A stretch of DNA of 64,000 nt, taken from positions 1,464-65,463 of the forward strand of contig PFRZ01000009.1 of NCBI GenBank assembly GCA_002788805.1, in the 5' to 3' direction. This document shows, in pieces, positions 15,136 through 23,512 of the stretch. The position numbers and the translations under genes were made by a program. The notes below the pieces were generated by a model that had not been told where the DNA came from, searched no databases, and saw only the letters and a program-made list of their open reading frames with translations. This DNA is from Candidatus Roizmanbacteria bacterium CG_4_9_14_0_2_um_filter_35_15. Lineage in GTDB: Bacteria > Patescibacteriota > Microgenomatia > UBA1406 > GWC2-37-13. Position 1 is the first letter of the stretch. The number at the start of each line of letters is the position of its first letter.

Positions 15136-15394
15136 AGTTGTCTCAAACAAAATGCTAAAAACAGTTGTTGTTATGGTGGAGAGAAAGTTTCGCTATCCTT
15201 TATATAAGAAAGTAATTACCAGACACAAAAAATATCAAGTACATAATGAGGATTTACAGCTAAATGTAGGCGATATAGTTAGAATTAGCGAAACGAAGCC
15301 AATATCGAAAAACAAGCATTTTATTGTTATTGAGAAGATAAATGACAAATCTCAAATAACAAATAACAAATCAAGTTCAAATGTCAAAAAATAA
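15113..15394 (+). CDS. rpsQ: 30S ribosomal protein S17 with a repeat-encoded C-terminal tail
   Basis: GKVVSNKMLKTVVVMVERKFRYPLYKK. The tail DKSQITNNKSSSNVKK is encoded by the repeat left arm. Confidence 0.9.
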   Translation: MKKILIGKVVSNKMLKTVVVMVERKFRYPLYKKVITRHKKYQVHNEDLQLNVGDIVRISETKPISKNKHFIVIEKINDKSQITNNKSSSNVKK

Positions 15395-15457
15395 ATTTTT
15401 AAACATTTGATATTAAAAATTTGTTATTGATTTGAAATTTGAAATTTGTCATTTGAA
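15340..15457. repeat. Family B palindromic 8-nt-period element centred on the rpsQ stop codon
   Basis: tcaaatgt..(TAA)..acatttga forms the inner stem. The right arm aaacatttgatattaaaaatttgttattgatttgaaatttgaaatttgtcatttgaa is nearly identical to 30205-30263. Confidence 0.8.
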
Positions 15458-15474
15458 TTTTTTTTAATTTTAAT

Positions 15475-15849
15475 ATGTTGCAAACAAGGTCGATCTTAAA
15501 TGTCGCTGATAACACCGGCGCCAAAAAAGTATCAATGATTGGTATGCCAGCCAAAGGTAATCGAAGATATGCTTATATCAGCGATGCGATCACTATTTCC
15601 GTCAAAGAGGCGATTCCTTTTGCTCAAGTCAAAAAGGGCGAGGTGCTGCCGGCGGTTGTTGTTAGAACAAAGAAAGAAAAAAAAAGAAAAGACGGCAGTT
15701 ATATACGTTTTGATGACAACGCCTGTGTTATTTTAGCCGGTAAAGGGATGAAGGATCCTAAAGGGACAAGAGTATTTGGCCCGATTGCTAAAGAAATAAA
15801 AGATAATGGTTTTGCCAAAATTGCTAGTTTAGCAGAGGAAATATATTAG
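15475..15849 (+). CDS. rplN: 50S ribosomal protein L14
   Basis: MLQTRSILNVADNTGAKK. Confidence 0.96.
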   Translation: MLQTRSILNVADNTGAKKVSMIGMPAKGNRRYAYISDAITISVKEAIPFAQVKKGEVLPAVVVRTKKEKKRKDGSYIRFDDNACVILAGKGMKDPKGTRVFGPIAKEIKDNGFAKIASLAEEIY

Positions 15850-15884
15850 TTTTTAAAGTTATAAAGTTCATAAAGTTTATAAAG
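15850..15884 (+). repeat. Family A array (ATAAAGTTN, 9-nt period) filling the rplN-rplX spacer
   Basis: tttttaaagtt ataaagttc ataaagttt ataaagaaATG. Confidence 0.85.
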
Positions 15885-15886
15885 AA

Positions 15887-16192
15887 ATGAAGATTAAAAA
15901 AGGAGATAAAGTCAAAGTTATGGCAGGGAAAGATAAAGGTAGAGAAGGGAAAGTAGAAAAAGTTTATTTAAAGAGCGATAAAGTTTTAATCGCTAATATT
16001 AATATCTATAAAAGACATGTAAAAAAAAGCGAACAGATGCCTAAAGGTGGAATAGTAGATGTGCCGAGACCATTAGCCGTTTCTAAAGTGATAGTCATCT
16101 GTTCTAAATGCGGTAAGACAACGAGAATAGGTTATAAGATAGAAAAAAGTAAAAAATATAGGGTATGTAAGAAATGTAAGAGCAAGATTTGA
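15887..16192 (+). CDS. rplX: 50S ribosomal protein L24 (with C-terminal CxxC..CxxC ribbon)
   Basis: MKIKKGDKVKVMAGKDKGREGKV (KOW); CSKCGK..CKKCKS. Confidence 0.9.
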   Translation: MKIKKGDKVKVMAGKDKGREGKVEKVYLKSDKVLIANINIYKRHVKKSEQMPKGGIVDVPRPLAVSKVIVICSKCGKTTRIGYKIEKSKKYRVCKKCKSKI

Positions 16193-16194
16193 AG

Positions 16195-16222
16195 CAATAT
16201 AACAATTTAACAATATAACAAT
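16195..16222 (+). repeat. Octamer array CAATATAA/CAATTTAA directly upstream of the rplE start
   Basis: gcaatataacaatttaacaatataacaatATG. Confidence 0.6.
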
Positions 16223-16765
16223 ATGAATTTCAAGGACTATTACAATCAGGAGGTTAAGAAGAAATTGATGACCGATGTTAAGATAGCTAATATAATAGCA
16301 GTTCCAAAAATCGTCAAAATCGTCATTAATGTCGGTGCTGGTGAAGCGGTCACTAACAAAGGAGCGATAGATAAAATTAAAGACCAGTTGGCGACGATTA
16401 CCGGTCAACGTCCGGTAGTCACCAAGGCGAGAGTTTCTATATCAGCTTTTAAAATAAGAAAAGGATTGCCTATTGGTGTTAAGGTTACTCTTCGAGGAAA
16501 AAAGATGTTTGATTTTCTTGAGAAGTTAATAAAGATTGTCATTCCCGGAGTTCGAGATTTTAAAGGTATTTCCGAAAAAAACCTTGATCAACATGGAAAT
16601 TTAAATCTTGGTTTTTCTGAACAGACGATTTTTCCCGAGATAGACTTTGACAAAATTGATAAAATAAGAGGCTTAGAGGTAACAGTTGTTACTAATGCGA
16701 GGAGTCAAGTGTATGGTAAAAAGTTATTTGAGTTATTGGGAATACCATTTAGAAAAAGTTTATAA
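16223..16765 (+). CDS. rplE: 50S ribosomal protein L5
   Basis: VPKIVKIVINVGAGEA, RGLEVTVVT. Confidence 0.95.
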   Translation: MNFKDYYNQEVKKKLMTDVKIANIIAVPKIVKIVINVGAGEAVTNKGAIDKIKDQLATITGQRPVVTKARVSISAFKIRKGLPIGVKVTLRGKKMFDFLEKLIKIVIPGVRDFKGISEKNLDQHGNLNLGFSEQTIFPEIDFDKIDKIRGLEVTVVTNARSQVYGKKLFELLGIPFRKSL

Positions 16766-16792
16766 AGTTATAAAGTTTATAAAGTCATAAAG
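16757..16792 (+). repeat. Family A array spanning the rplE stop and reaching the rpsN ATG
   Basis: aagtttataaagttataaagtttataaagtcataaagATG. Confidence 0.85.
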
Positions 16793-16978
16793 ATGGCGAA
16801 AACATCAGATGAAGTAAAATTTAAAAAAAAACAGAAGTATCAAATTAGATATCATAATCGCTGTTTTTTTTGCGGTCGATCTCGGGGTTATTTAAGGCGC
16901 TTTGGTATGTGTCGCATATGTTTTAGAGAAAAAGCGTTAAAAGGAGAAATTCCTGGAGTTAAAAAATTGACTTGGTAA
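16793..16978 (+). CDS. rpsN: 30S ribosomal protein S14, zinc-binding type Z (61 aa)
   Basis: [23 protein letters not shown]. Confidence 0.92.
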   Translation: MAKTSDEVKFKKKQKYQIRYHNRCFFCGRSRGYLRRFGMCRICFREKALKGEIPGVKKLTW

Positions 16979-16984
16979 AAAAAT

Positions 16985-17269
16985 ATGGCAAGATCAGTAA
17001 AAAAAGGTCCTTATATCGATGAAAATTTGTTGAAAAAGGTTCTTAAACAAAAAGAAAACAAAAATAATGAGCCGATCAAAACTTGGGCGCGTAATTCGCA
17101 GATCGCTCCGGAATTTGTTGGTCATCGAATGGCTATTCATAATGGTCGAAAATTTATTGAAGTTTATATTTCCGAATCGATGGTTGGTCATCGGTTAGGC
17201 GAGTTTGCTCCTACTCGTACTTTTAGAAGTCACGGTAAGGTGACTAAAAAGGTAATGGAAGCAACTTAA
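16985..17269 (+). CDS. rpsS: 30S ribosomal protein S19 (in a non-canonical position between S14 and S8)
   Basis: [47 protein letters not shown]. Confidence 0.95.
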   Translation: MARSVKKGPYIDENLLKKVLKQKENKNNEPIKTWARNSQIAPEFVGHRMAIHNGRKFIEVYISESMVGHRLGEFAPTRTFRSHGKVTKKVMEAT

Positions 17270-17273
17270 ACTT

Positions 17274-17660
17274 ATGGAAAACAGTGTTATTAACTTAATA
17301 ATTGTTATTAAAAACGGCTATTTGGCGAGAAAAGAAACGGTTGTTGTCTCTTTTTCTTGTTTTAAAGAAGCGATTGCCAAAAAATTAGTTGACTTAAAGT
17401 TTATCAAAAACTATAAAATCGATTGCAATAAAATCAAAAAAATTATTATTAATCTTAGCTATGAAAAAGGAGAGCCGGTTTTTTCCGATGTAAAAATTTA
17501 TTCGACACCAGGACGAAGAGATTATGTTTCTTATCGCGATTTGAAGCCAGTGTTAAGCGGTTATGGTCATTCGATTCTATCAACATCGCTAGGTATTCTA
17601 ACTGGCAAAGAAGCAAAGTCAAAGAAAGTTGGCGGCGAGTTATTATTTAGTATTTGGTGA
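17274..17660 (+). CDS. rpsH: 30S ribosomal protein S8
   Basis: Position; IKNGYLARKE, GHSILSTSLGILTGKEAK. Confidence 0.9.
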   Translation: MENSVINLIIVIKNGYLARKETVVVSFSCFKEAIAKKLVDLKFIKNYKIDCNKIKKIIINLSYEKGEPVFSDVKIYSTPGRRDYVSYRDLKPVLSGYGHSILSTSLGILTGKEAKSKKVGGELLFSIW

Positions 17661-17667
17661 AGTTATT

Positions 17668-18225
17668 ATGTCAAAAATTGGAACAAAAGTCATCAATTGG
17701 CCATCTCAAATTAAAATTGAGATTGAAGGAAAAAAAGTGACAATCAAAGGATCAGCTGGTGAGATGACAGTTACTCTCCCTGAATCACTTTCTATCCTAC
17801 AGAAAGAAAGCAGTCTGGTTCTCCAAAGAACCAGCGAAGAAAAAAAGATAAAATCCCTTCATGGTTTGTATCGTCAGTTGATAAATAATGCTGTTATTGG
17901 AGTAGAAAAACCATGGGAAAAACAGTTGGAGATAGTAGGAACGGGTTACAATGTTAAACTTCAAGGCGAAGATCTAGTTTTTAAAGTGGGATATATTCAT
18001 CCGGTTGTTTTCAAAAAACCAGCAGGAGTGAAATTTCAAACAGAAGGAAATAATAAAATTAAAGTTATCGGAGTAGATAAACAACTAGTCGGCCAGGTGG
18101 CTTTTCAGATAAAAATGATAAAAAAACCTGATGTTTATAAAGGCAAAGGAATTAAGTATTTGGGTGAAAAATTAAGAATTAAGCCGGGAAAAAAAGCAAA
18201 AGCCGCCGGACCGGTAACTCAATAA
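17668..18225 (+). CDS. rplF: 50S ribosomal protein L6
   Basis: MSKIGTKVINWPSQIKIEIEGKKVTIKG. The start was set at an internal Met after the rpsH stop. Confidence 0.93.
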   Translation: MSKIGTKVINWPSQIKIEIEGKKVTIKGSAGEMTVTLPESLSILQKESSLVLQRTSEEKKIKSLHGLYRQLINNAVIGVEKPWEKQLEIVGTGYNVKLQGEDLVFKVGYIHPVVFKKPAGVKFQTEGNNKIKVIGVDKQLVGQVAFQIKMIKKPDVYKGKGIKYLGEKLRIKPGKKAKAAGPVTQ

Positions 18226-18228
18226 TCT

Positions 18229-18591
18229 ATGAAAAAAATAAATTTTAACCGTCTCTTAAGAAGAAAAAGAAGAGTTAGTGCCAATATAAAAGGTACTAGT
18301 TTCAAACCACGGATTAATGTCTTTCGCTCTAACTATTATATCTATGCTCAAGCCATCGATGATGAAAAAAAAGCCACCATCGTTTCCTATTCTTCTTTGA
18401 ATTTAAAAAAAGAAAAGGATTTTCAGAAAAACAAAAAAACCGAAGAAGCAAAAAAAATTGGCATAAAATTGGCAATGATTCTAAAAAAGAAAAAGATAAC
18501 CGAGGCTGTTTTTGATCGGAGCATCTATGTTTATCAAGGACGAGTTAAAGCTTTAGCCGAGGGAATACGAGAAGGAGGGATAAAAATATGA
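18229..18591 (+). CDS. rplR: 50S ribosomal protein L18
   Basis: RINVFRSNYYIYAQAID, VFDRSIYVYQGRVKALAEGIREGG. Confidence 0.9.
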   Translation: MKKINFNRLLRRKRRVSANIKGTSFKPRINVFRSNYYIYAQAIDDEKKATIVSYSSLNLKKEKDFQKNKKTEEAKKIGIKLAMILKKKKITEAVFDRSIYVYQGRVKALAEGIREGGIKI

Positions 18592-19031
18592 TAGAGCAAC
18601 AAGAACAGAAAATTGAGGAAAAAGTACTCTTAATAAGAAGAGTATCTAAGAAAGTACCAGGAGGAAATTATATTACCTTTTCTGCTTTAGTAGCGGTGGG
18701 AGATAAAAAGGGTAAAGTAGGCGTTGGTTTAGGACGAGCATCAGAAGTGCCGCCGGCGATTCAAAAAGCGATTAGTTACGCTAAGAAACACATGATTTTT
18801 ATACCAAGAAAAGGTAAAACCCTAGTTCACGAAGTTAAGTTAAAATATAAAGCGGCGGTAATATTATTAAAACCGGCGCCTGAAGGAACTGGTTTAAAAG
18901 TCGGTAGCGTCGCTCGTGTGCTTCTTAATCTTGCCGGGATTGAGGACGCTTCTGGTAAAATTATTAAGTCAAGAAATCAAATTGTTAATACTTATGCGAT
19001 TATGGAAATATTCAAAAAAATGAAAAGATGA
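18588..19031 (+). CDS. rpsE: 30S ribosomal protein S5
   Basis: [36 protein letters not shown]. Confidence 0.93.
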   Translation: MIEQQEQKIEEKVLLIRRVSKKVPGGNYITFSALVAVGDKKGKVGVGLGRASEVPPAIQKAISYAKKHMIFIPRKGKTLVHEVKLKYKAAVILLKPAPEGTGLKVGSVARVLLNLAGIEDASGKIIKSRNQIVNTYAIMEIFKKMKR

Positions 19032-19336
19032 AAAATTTTTTATCCCATTTGCCAAAAATTATTAAAAACAAAAAAAAACGTCTTGGTCGAGGACTAGGAA
19101 GCGGTAAAGGGTCAAAATCTGGACGAGGCATCACTCGACACCAAAAAGCTCGAGAAAGTATTCCTCTTCATTTTGAAGGTGGACAGGGAAGAATAGTAAA
19201 AAAATTTCCCCTTCTTCGTGGCAAAGGGAAAAATAAACCAAGAATAAATCTTAAATTAAGAAAGAAAAGATATTATGATCCCACTTCGTCCCGATTAAAT
19301 CGGGACTACGTTAGGGATCATACCAAACGAAGCTAG
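19028..19336 (+). CDS. rplO: 50S ribosomal protein L15, short form (102 aa; N-terminal extension only)
   Basis: [31 protein letters not shown] matches the L15 N-terminal region. The ORF ends ~40-45 aa short of typical L15, and secY starts 22 nt later. Confidence 0.75.
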   Translation: MKNFLSHLPKIIKNKKKRLGRGLGSGKGSKSGRGITRHQKARESIPLHFEGGQGRIVKKFPLLRGKGKNKPRINLKLRKKRYYDPTSSRLNRDYVRDHTKRS

Positions 19337-19357
19337 GATTATTATTTAACGAAGTGG
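19276..19357 (+). other. GC-enriched multi-hairpin element covering the rplO 3' end and the secY ribosome-binding region
   Basis: GUCCCGAU-UAA-AUCGGGAC (19288-19306); UGAUCCC/GGGAUCA (19276-82/19314-20); CCACUUCGU (19281-89) is complementary to ACGAAGUGG (19349-57). Confidence 0.4.
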
Positions 19358-19358
19358 T

Positions 19359-20645
19359 ATGAAAAAAGTCATTGAAAAAATAAATTCATTGTTTAGAGAC
19401 CCTCAACTAAAAAAAAAGTTAATCTTTAGTCTGTTGATTTTTTTGTTCTTTCGGATCTTTGCTTTTTTACCGGTTCCGACGATTGATTTTATTAAGTTAA
19501 GAGCCCTTTTTTCTCAAAATCAGTTTTTATCGCTTCTAGATATTTTTTCTGGTGGTACACTAATTAACTTTTCAGTCATGGCCTTGGGACTTAATCCTTA
19601 TATCAATGCCTCGATTGTCCTACAACTTTTAACGGTAATGTTTCCTTATCTTGAACAGTTGTCAAAAGAAGGTGAGTATGGACGATTTAAAATTAATCAA
19701 TACACCAGATTTTTAACCGTTCCTTTAACGATCGTCCAAGCAATTGGGATTTTTGTTTTATTGAAGAATCAAAAGATAATTGGTAGTTTGTCACCGTTAG
19801 AGTTTTTCTCTTTTATTTTTACGATGGTAGCAGGAACTTTTATTTTAGTTTGGTTTGGAGAGTTAATTTCTGAATTCGGTTTAGGCAATGGTATTTCCCT
19901 TTTGATTTTTGCCGGTATTGTTGGCCGACTGCCAGTAGTTTTGAGTCGAACCGCAGTGACTTTTAATCAAGAGATGGTTTTTAATATTGGAATATTTTTA
20001 ATTCTTGCTGTTGTTGTGATCGCTTCAATTGTTTTTGTTAACGAAGCAACTAGAAAGATCCCCGTTTTCTATGCAAAAAGAATCAAGGGCAATAAACTTT
20101 ATCAAGGAGCAACCAACTATCTTCCTTTAAAACTTAATCAAGCGGGAGTGATTCCAATTATTTTTGCTGTTTCTTTTGTTTTGGTTCCTCAACTTTTAGG
20201 TAATTTTATCATCTATGCGAAAAATCCTGTTTTGGTTACTTTAGGGAAATTTTTAGTTAAATTTTTTGCGCCGATGGGTTTCTTTTATAACTTTTTTTAT
20301 TTTCTTTTAGTAATTGGTTTTACCTATTTTTATACAGTAGTAGTTTTTAATCCTCAAAAGATCGCTGAAGAGATTCAGAAACATGGAGGATTTATTCCTG
20401 GGATACGTCCAGGTTTAGCCACTAAGGAATATCTTGAAAAAATCTTGTATAAAATCACCAGTGTCGGAGCTGTTTTTTTAGGATTAATTGCTATCTTACC
20501 AGTATTGATTTCCAAGATAACTGGTCTGACCAATTTGGTGATTGGAGGAACAGGCATTTTGATCGTTGTTTCGGTTATTTTGGAAACCTTCAAAATGGTA
20601 GAAGCCCAGTTAGTAATGAAAAATTATGATAAATTTGTTCTTTAA
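19359..20645 (+). CDS. secY: Preprotein translocase subunit SecY
   Basis: 428 aa, 10-TM pattern, [25 protein letters not shown]. Confidence 0.95.
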   Translation: MKKVIEKINSLFRDPQLKKKLIFSLLIFLFFRIFAFLPVPTIDFIKLRALFSQNQFLSLLDIFSGGTLINFSVMALGLNPYINASIVLQLLTVMFPYLEQLSKEGEYGRFKINQYTRFLTVPLTIVQAIGIFVLLKNQKIIGSLSPLEFFSFIFTMVAGTFILVWFGELISEFGLGNGISLLIFAGIVGRLPVVLSRTAVTFNQEMVFNIGIFLILAVVVIASIVFVNEATRKIPVFYAKRIKGNKLYQGATNYLPLKLNQAGVIPIIFAVSFVLVPQLLGNFIIYAKNPVLVTLGKFLVKFFAPMGFFYNFFYFLLVIGFTYFYTVVVFNPQKIAEEIQKHGGFIPGIRPGLATKEYLEKILYKITSVGAVFLGLIAILPVLISKITGLTNLVIGGTGILIVVSVILETFKMVEAQLVMKNYDKFVL

Positions 20646-20655
20646 TTTATAAACT

Positions 20656-20829
20656 ATGGCAAAAAAAGGACCCCGAGTTTTAATTGGTTTGATTTGCGAG
20701 GTTTGTCATTGGCGGAACTATACCTCGGTGAAAAATAAAATTAATAGCGGTTCGGCGATTAAGTTAAAAAAATATTGTCAAAAATGCCGGAAGCACACTA
20801 TCCATAAAGAAATTAAAAAATTGGACTGA
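20656..20829 (+). CDS. rpmG: 50S ribosomal protein L33
   Basis: Not in the ORF track. MAKKGPRVLIGLICEVCHWRNYTSVKNKINSGSAIKLKKYCQKCRKHTIHKEIKKLD, with CxxC..CxxC and RNY..KNK motifs. Confidence 0.85.
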   Translation: MAKKGPRVLIGLICEVCHWRNYTSVKNKINSGSAIKLKKYCQKCRKHTIHKEIKKLD

Positions 20830-20835
20830 CTTTAT

Positions 20836-21942
20836 ATGAAATTAGTTCTTATTGGCATTCAAGGTTCAGGTAAATCGACTCAAGGAAATCTTTTATCTAA
20901 ACAGTTAAAGATTCCCTATCTTTCTACCGGTCATATTTTTCGTGAGATTGCTAAGGAAAAAACCACTCTTGGTCGTTATATTAAGGAGACAATTAATGCC
21001 GGTATTTTAGTCCCAGACGAAAAAGTGATTGAAATCGTCAATCATTATCTTTCCCGACCCGAGTATAAAAAAGGTTATATTCTTGACGGTTTTCCTCGGA
21101 CGATAGTTCAGGTAAAAAAATTCAGAAACTCTGTTGATAAAGTTATTTATCTCGAAGTACCAGAAAAAGAAGCTATCTATCGTTTAGCTTATCGTAATAG
21201 TGAATTAAGAGAAGATGAAACTCTAGCTGCCTTAAAAAAAAGAGTTGATTCTTTTAAAAAATTTACCATTCCAGTTCTAGATTACTATCGAAAAGAAGGA
21301 AAGTTAGTAGAAGTTGATGGAACAAAAACAATTGAAGAGGTTAATAAAGAAATATTAAAATATTTAGGTAAACAAATAACCAGAAATGAACAAAAAACCA
21401 TTATTGCTATTGTTGGATTACCAGGTTCAGGCAAGACAGAGGCAGCTGATTTTTTTGCCAAAAAAAACCTTCCAGCAATCTCTTTTGGAAAGATAATAAA
21501 CGATTATATTAATAATAAAAAACTTTCTCATACGAGAGAGATTCACAAAAAAATTAGAGAAGATCTAAGAAAAAAATATGGATTAAAAGCTTTAGCTATT
21601 CTAAATCAAGATAGATTAAGAAAAGCCTTGATAAAAAATACGATTGTTGTCATTGAAGGAATGCGTTCTTGGGAAGAGTACTTGTATTTAAAAAAAGAAT
21701 TTCCTCATATTCGTTTGTTTATTCTCGGTCTGTATACTGACAAAGTAATTCGTTATCAACGGTTATCTCAAAGAAAAAACAGGCCAAAACTTTATGGAGA
21801 AGAAAGAGATATTGATGAGTTGGTAGGAATCAACATGGGTCCAACCATCGCTTTTGCTGACTATGTTATTAAAAATAATTATTCTCTTAAAGACTTTTAT
21901 GACAAGTTAGAGTTGGCTTATAGAAGCATCTTTTATTCATAA
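20836..21942 (+). CDS. adk: Adenylate kinase (short-lid) fused to a second P-loop small-kinase domain
   Basis: Domain 1: GIQGSGKSTQG, ILDGFPRT. Domain 2, from ~aa 188: IVGLPGSGKTEAADFF .. VVIEGMRSWEEY .. ERDIDEL. Confidence 0.85.
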   Translation: MKLVLIGIQGSGKSTQGNLLSKQLKIPYLSTGHIFREIAKEKTTLGRYIKETINAGILVPDEKVIEIVNHYLSRPEYKKGYILDGFPRTIVQVKKFRNSVDKVIYLEVPEKEAIYRLAYRNSELREDETLAALKKRVDSFKKFTIPVLDYYRKEGKLVEVDGTKTIEEVNKEILKYLGKQITRNEQKTIIAIVGLPGSGKTEAADFFAKKNLPAISFGKIINDYINNKKLSHTREIHKKIREDLRKKYGLKALAILNQDRLRKALIKNTIVVIEGMRSWEEYLYLKKEFPHIRLFILGLYTDKVIRYQRLSQRKNRPKLYGEERDIDELVGINMGPTIAFADYVIKNNYSLKDFYDKLELAYRSIFYS

Positions 21943-22689
21943 ATGATTCATTTAAAATCAAAAGAAGAAATCAGACTAATGATTGAAGGAGGAAAAAAGT
22001 TAAGAAAGGTAGTTTCTAATTTACTGCCGATTGTTAGACCAGGGACAACGACTGAACTAATAGATAAAAAAGCTGAAGAGTTAATTATCAAAGAAGGCGG
22101 TCAACCTTCTTTTAAGAAAGTAGAAGGTTATTTTTGGACAACCTGTTTGCCAGTCAATGAACAAATCGTCCATACCCCTCCTTCAGGAAGAGTTCTCAAA
22201 GACGGCGATCTTTTAACAGTTGACATAGGCATGTATTTTCAGGGATATCATACAGATTTTGCTACCACCCTAATGGTTGGTGAAGAAAAAGATCAAAGAC
22301 TGAAAAAATTTTTAGAAACAGGTCAAATAGCTTTAAGAAAAGCAATTTTACAGGCAAAGACGGGCAAGAGGATAACAGATATTTCTCAGGCAATTCAACA
22401 AGAGATTGAGGATAATGGATATAGGGTAATAAAAGAATTGACTGGACATGGAATTGGAAAAGATTTACATGAGGATCCGAACATCTTTGGTTTTTTTCGA
22501 GGATCTAAGGATAAAACCGTGTTGATTAAACCAGGTTTAACGGTGGCGATTGAAGTCATCTATTCTCAAACCAGTGAAGAGATTGAATACGAGGATGAAT
22601 GGTCAATAAAGACGAAAGACGATAGTTTATCCGCTTGTTTTGAACATACCATAGCTGTTACTGAAAATGAAACTATTGTTTTAACCTAA
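21943..22689 (+). CDS. map: Methionine aminopeptidase type I
   Basis: VDIGMYFQGYHTDFATT, GHGIGKDLHE, IEVIY, EHTIAV. Confidence 0.93.
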   Translation: MIHLKSKEEIRLMIEGGKKLRKVVSNLLPIVRPGTTTELIDKKAEELIIKEGGQPSFKKVEGYFWTTCLPVNEQIVHTPPSGRVLKDGDLLTVDIGMYFQGYHTDFATTLMVGEEKDQRLKKFLETGQIALRKAILQAKTGKRITDISQAIQQEIEDNGYRVIKELTGHGIGKDLHEDPNIFGFFRGSKDKTVLIKPGLTVAIEVIYSQTSEEIEYEDEWSIKTKDDSLSACFEHTIAVTENETIVLT

Positions 22690-22733
22690 ATAGAGCACAT
22701 TTTTATCAACTTTTATGATAAAATTTAGAGTTT

Positions 22734-22949
22734 ATGAAAGATAATGTCTTAGTGGTTGAGGGAGAGGTAATTGAAAATCTTCCCAACACTCTATTTCGGG
22801 TGAAGCTCTCTAATTCCGAAAAAATAATTTTATGTTATTTATCAGGAAAGATGAGGAAAAATTATATAAAAATTCTTCCTGGAGATCGGGTAAGAGCAGA
22901 GGTAACTGCCTATGACCTGAATCGAGGAAGAATTGTTTATCGTCTATGA
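22734..22949 (+). CDS. infA: Translation initiation factor IF-1
   Basis: [18 protein letters not shown].., [24 protein letters not shown]. Confidence 0.95.
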   Translation: MKDNVLVVEGEVIENLPNTLFRVKLSNSEKIILCYLSGKMRKNYIKILPGDRVRAEVTAYDLNRGRIVYRL

Positions 22950-23059
22950 AAGTTAATTCATCAATAAAAAAAATTTGTCCTAAATGTAAAATGGTAAAAA
23001 GAAAAGGAAAATTATATGTAGTCTGTCAGAATGTTAAACATAAGCAAAGGCAAGGATGA
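22946..23059 (+). CDS. rpmJ: 50S ribosomal protein L36
   Basis: Not in the ORF track. [37 protein letters not shown]; ATGA overlap with infA. Confidence 0.9.
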   Translation: MKVNSSIKKICPKCKMVKRKGKLYVVCQNVKHKQRQG

Positions 23060-23080
23060 AATAAATTAATAGACTAAATT

Positions 23081-23512
23081 ATGGCGAGATTATTAGGAAT
23101 GACATTGCCGGATGACAAAAGAATTGAGTATGCTTTGACTCTCTTATACGGGATTGGCTGGAAAAATGTCAAAGATATTTTAAAAACAGCCAATATTAGT
23201 CCAAATAAAAAAGTTAAAGAGGTTAAAGAAGAAGAATTTAAAAAAATCACTGAAATAATCGAAAAAAACTATCAAGTCGAAGGAGATCTAAGAGAGGCAG
23301 TAACAAGTAATATAAAGAGGTTAAAAGAAATCGGTAGCTATCGAGGATTAAGACATGTAAGAAATTTACCAGTTCGCGGTCAAAGGACGAGATCTAATGC
23401 ACGGACAAAAAGAGGCAAAAGAAAGACAGTGGGTGCCTTAAAGAAAAAAGTCTGGGCAAAGATGGAGCAACAAAAAACCGCCGCGCCGGTTAAAACAGAA
23501 ACTAATGGTTAA
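23081..23512 (+). CDS. rpsM: 30S ribosomal protein S13
   Basis: MARLLGMTLPDDKRIEYALTLLYGIG, GSYRGLRH. Confidence 0.95.
   Translation: MARLLGMTLPDDKRIEYALTLLYGIGWKNVKDILKTANISPNKKVKEVKEEEFKKITEIIEKNYQVEGDLREAVTSNIKRLKEIGSYRGLRHVRNLPVRGQRTRSNARTKRGKRKTVGALKKKVWAKMEQQKTAAPVKTETNG

Noticed and set aside
15340-15457. Whether the short tandem arrays (families A-D and others) could be CRISPR arrays.
   Set aside because: The units are 8-9 nt and contiguous, with no unique spacers. CRISPR repeats are ~24-48 nt separated by spacers of similar size. No cas genes are present.
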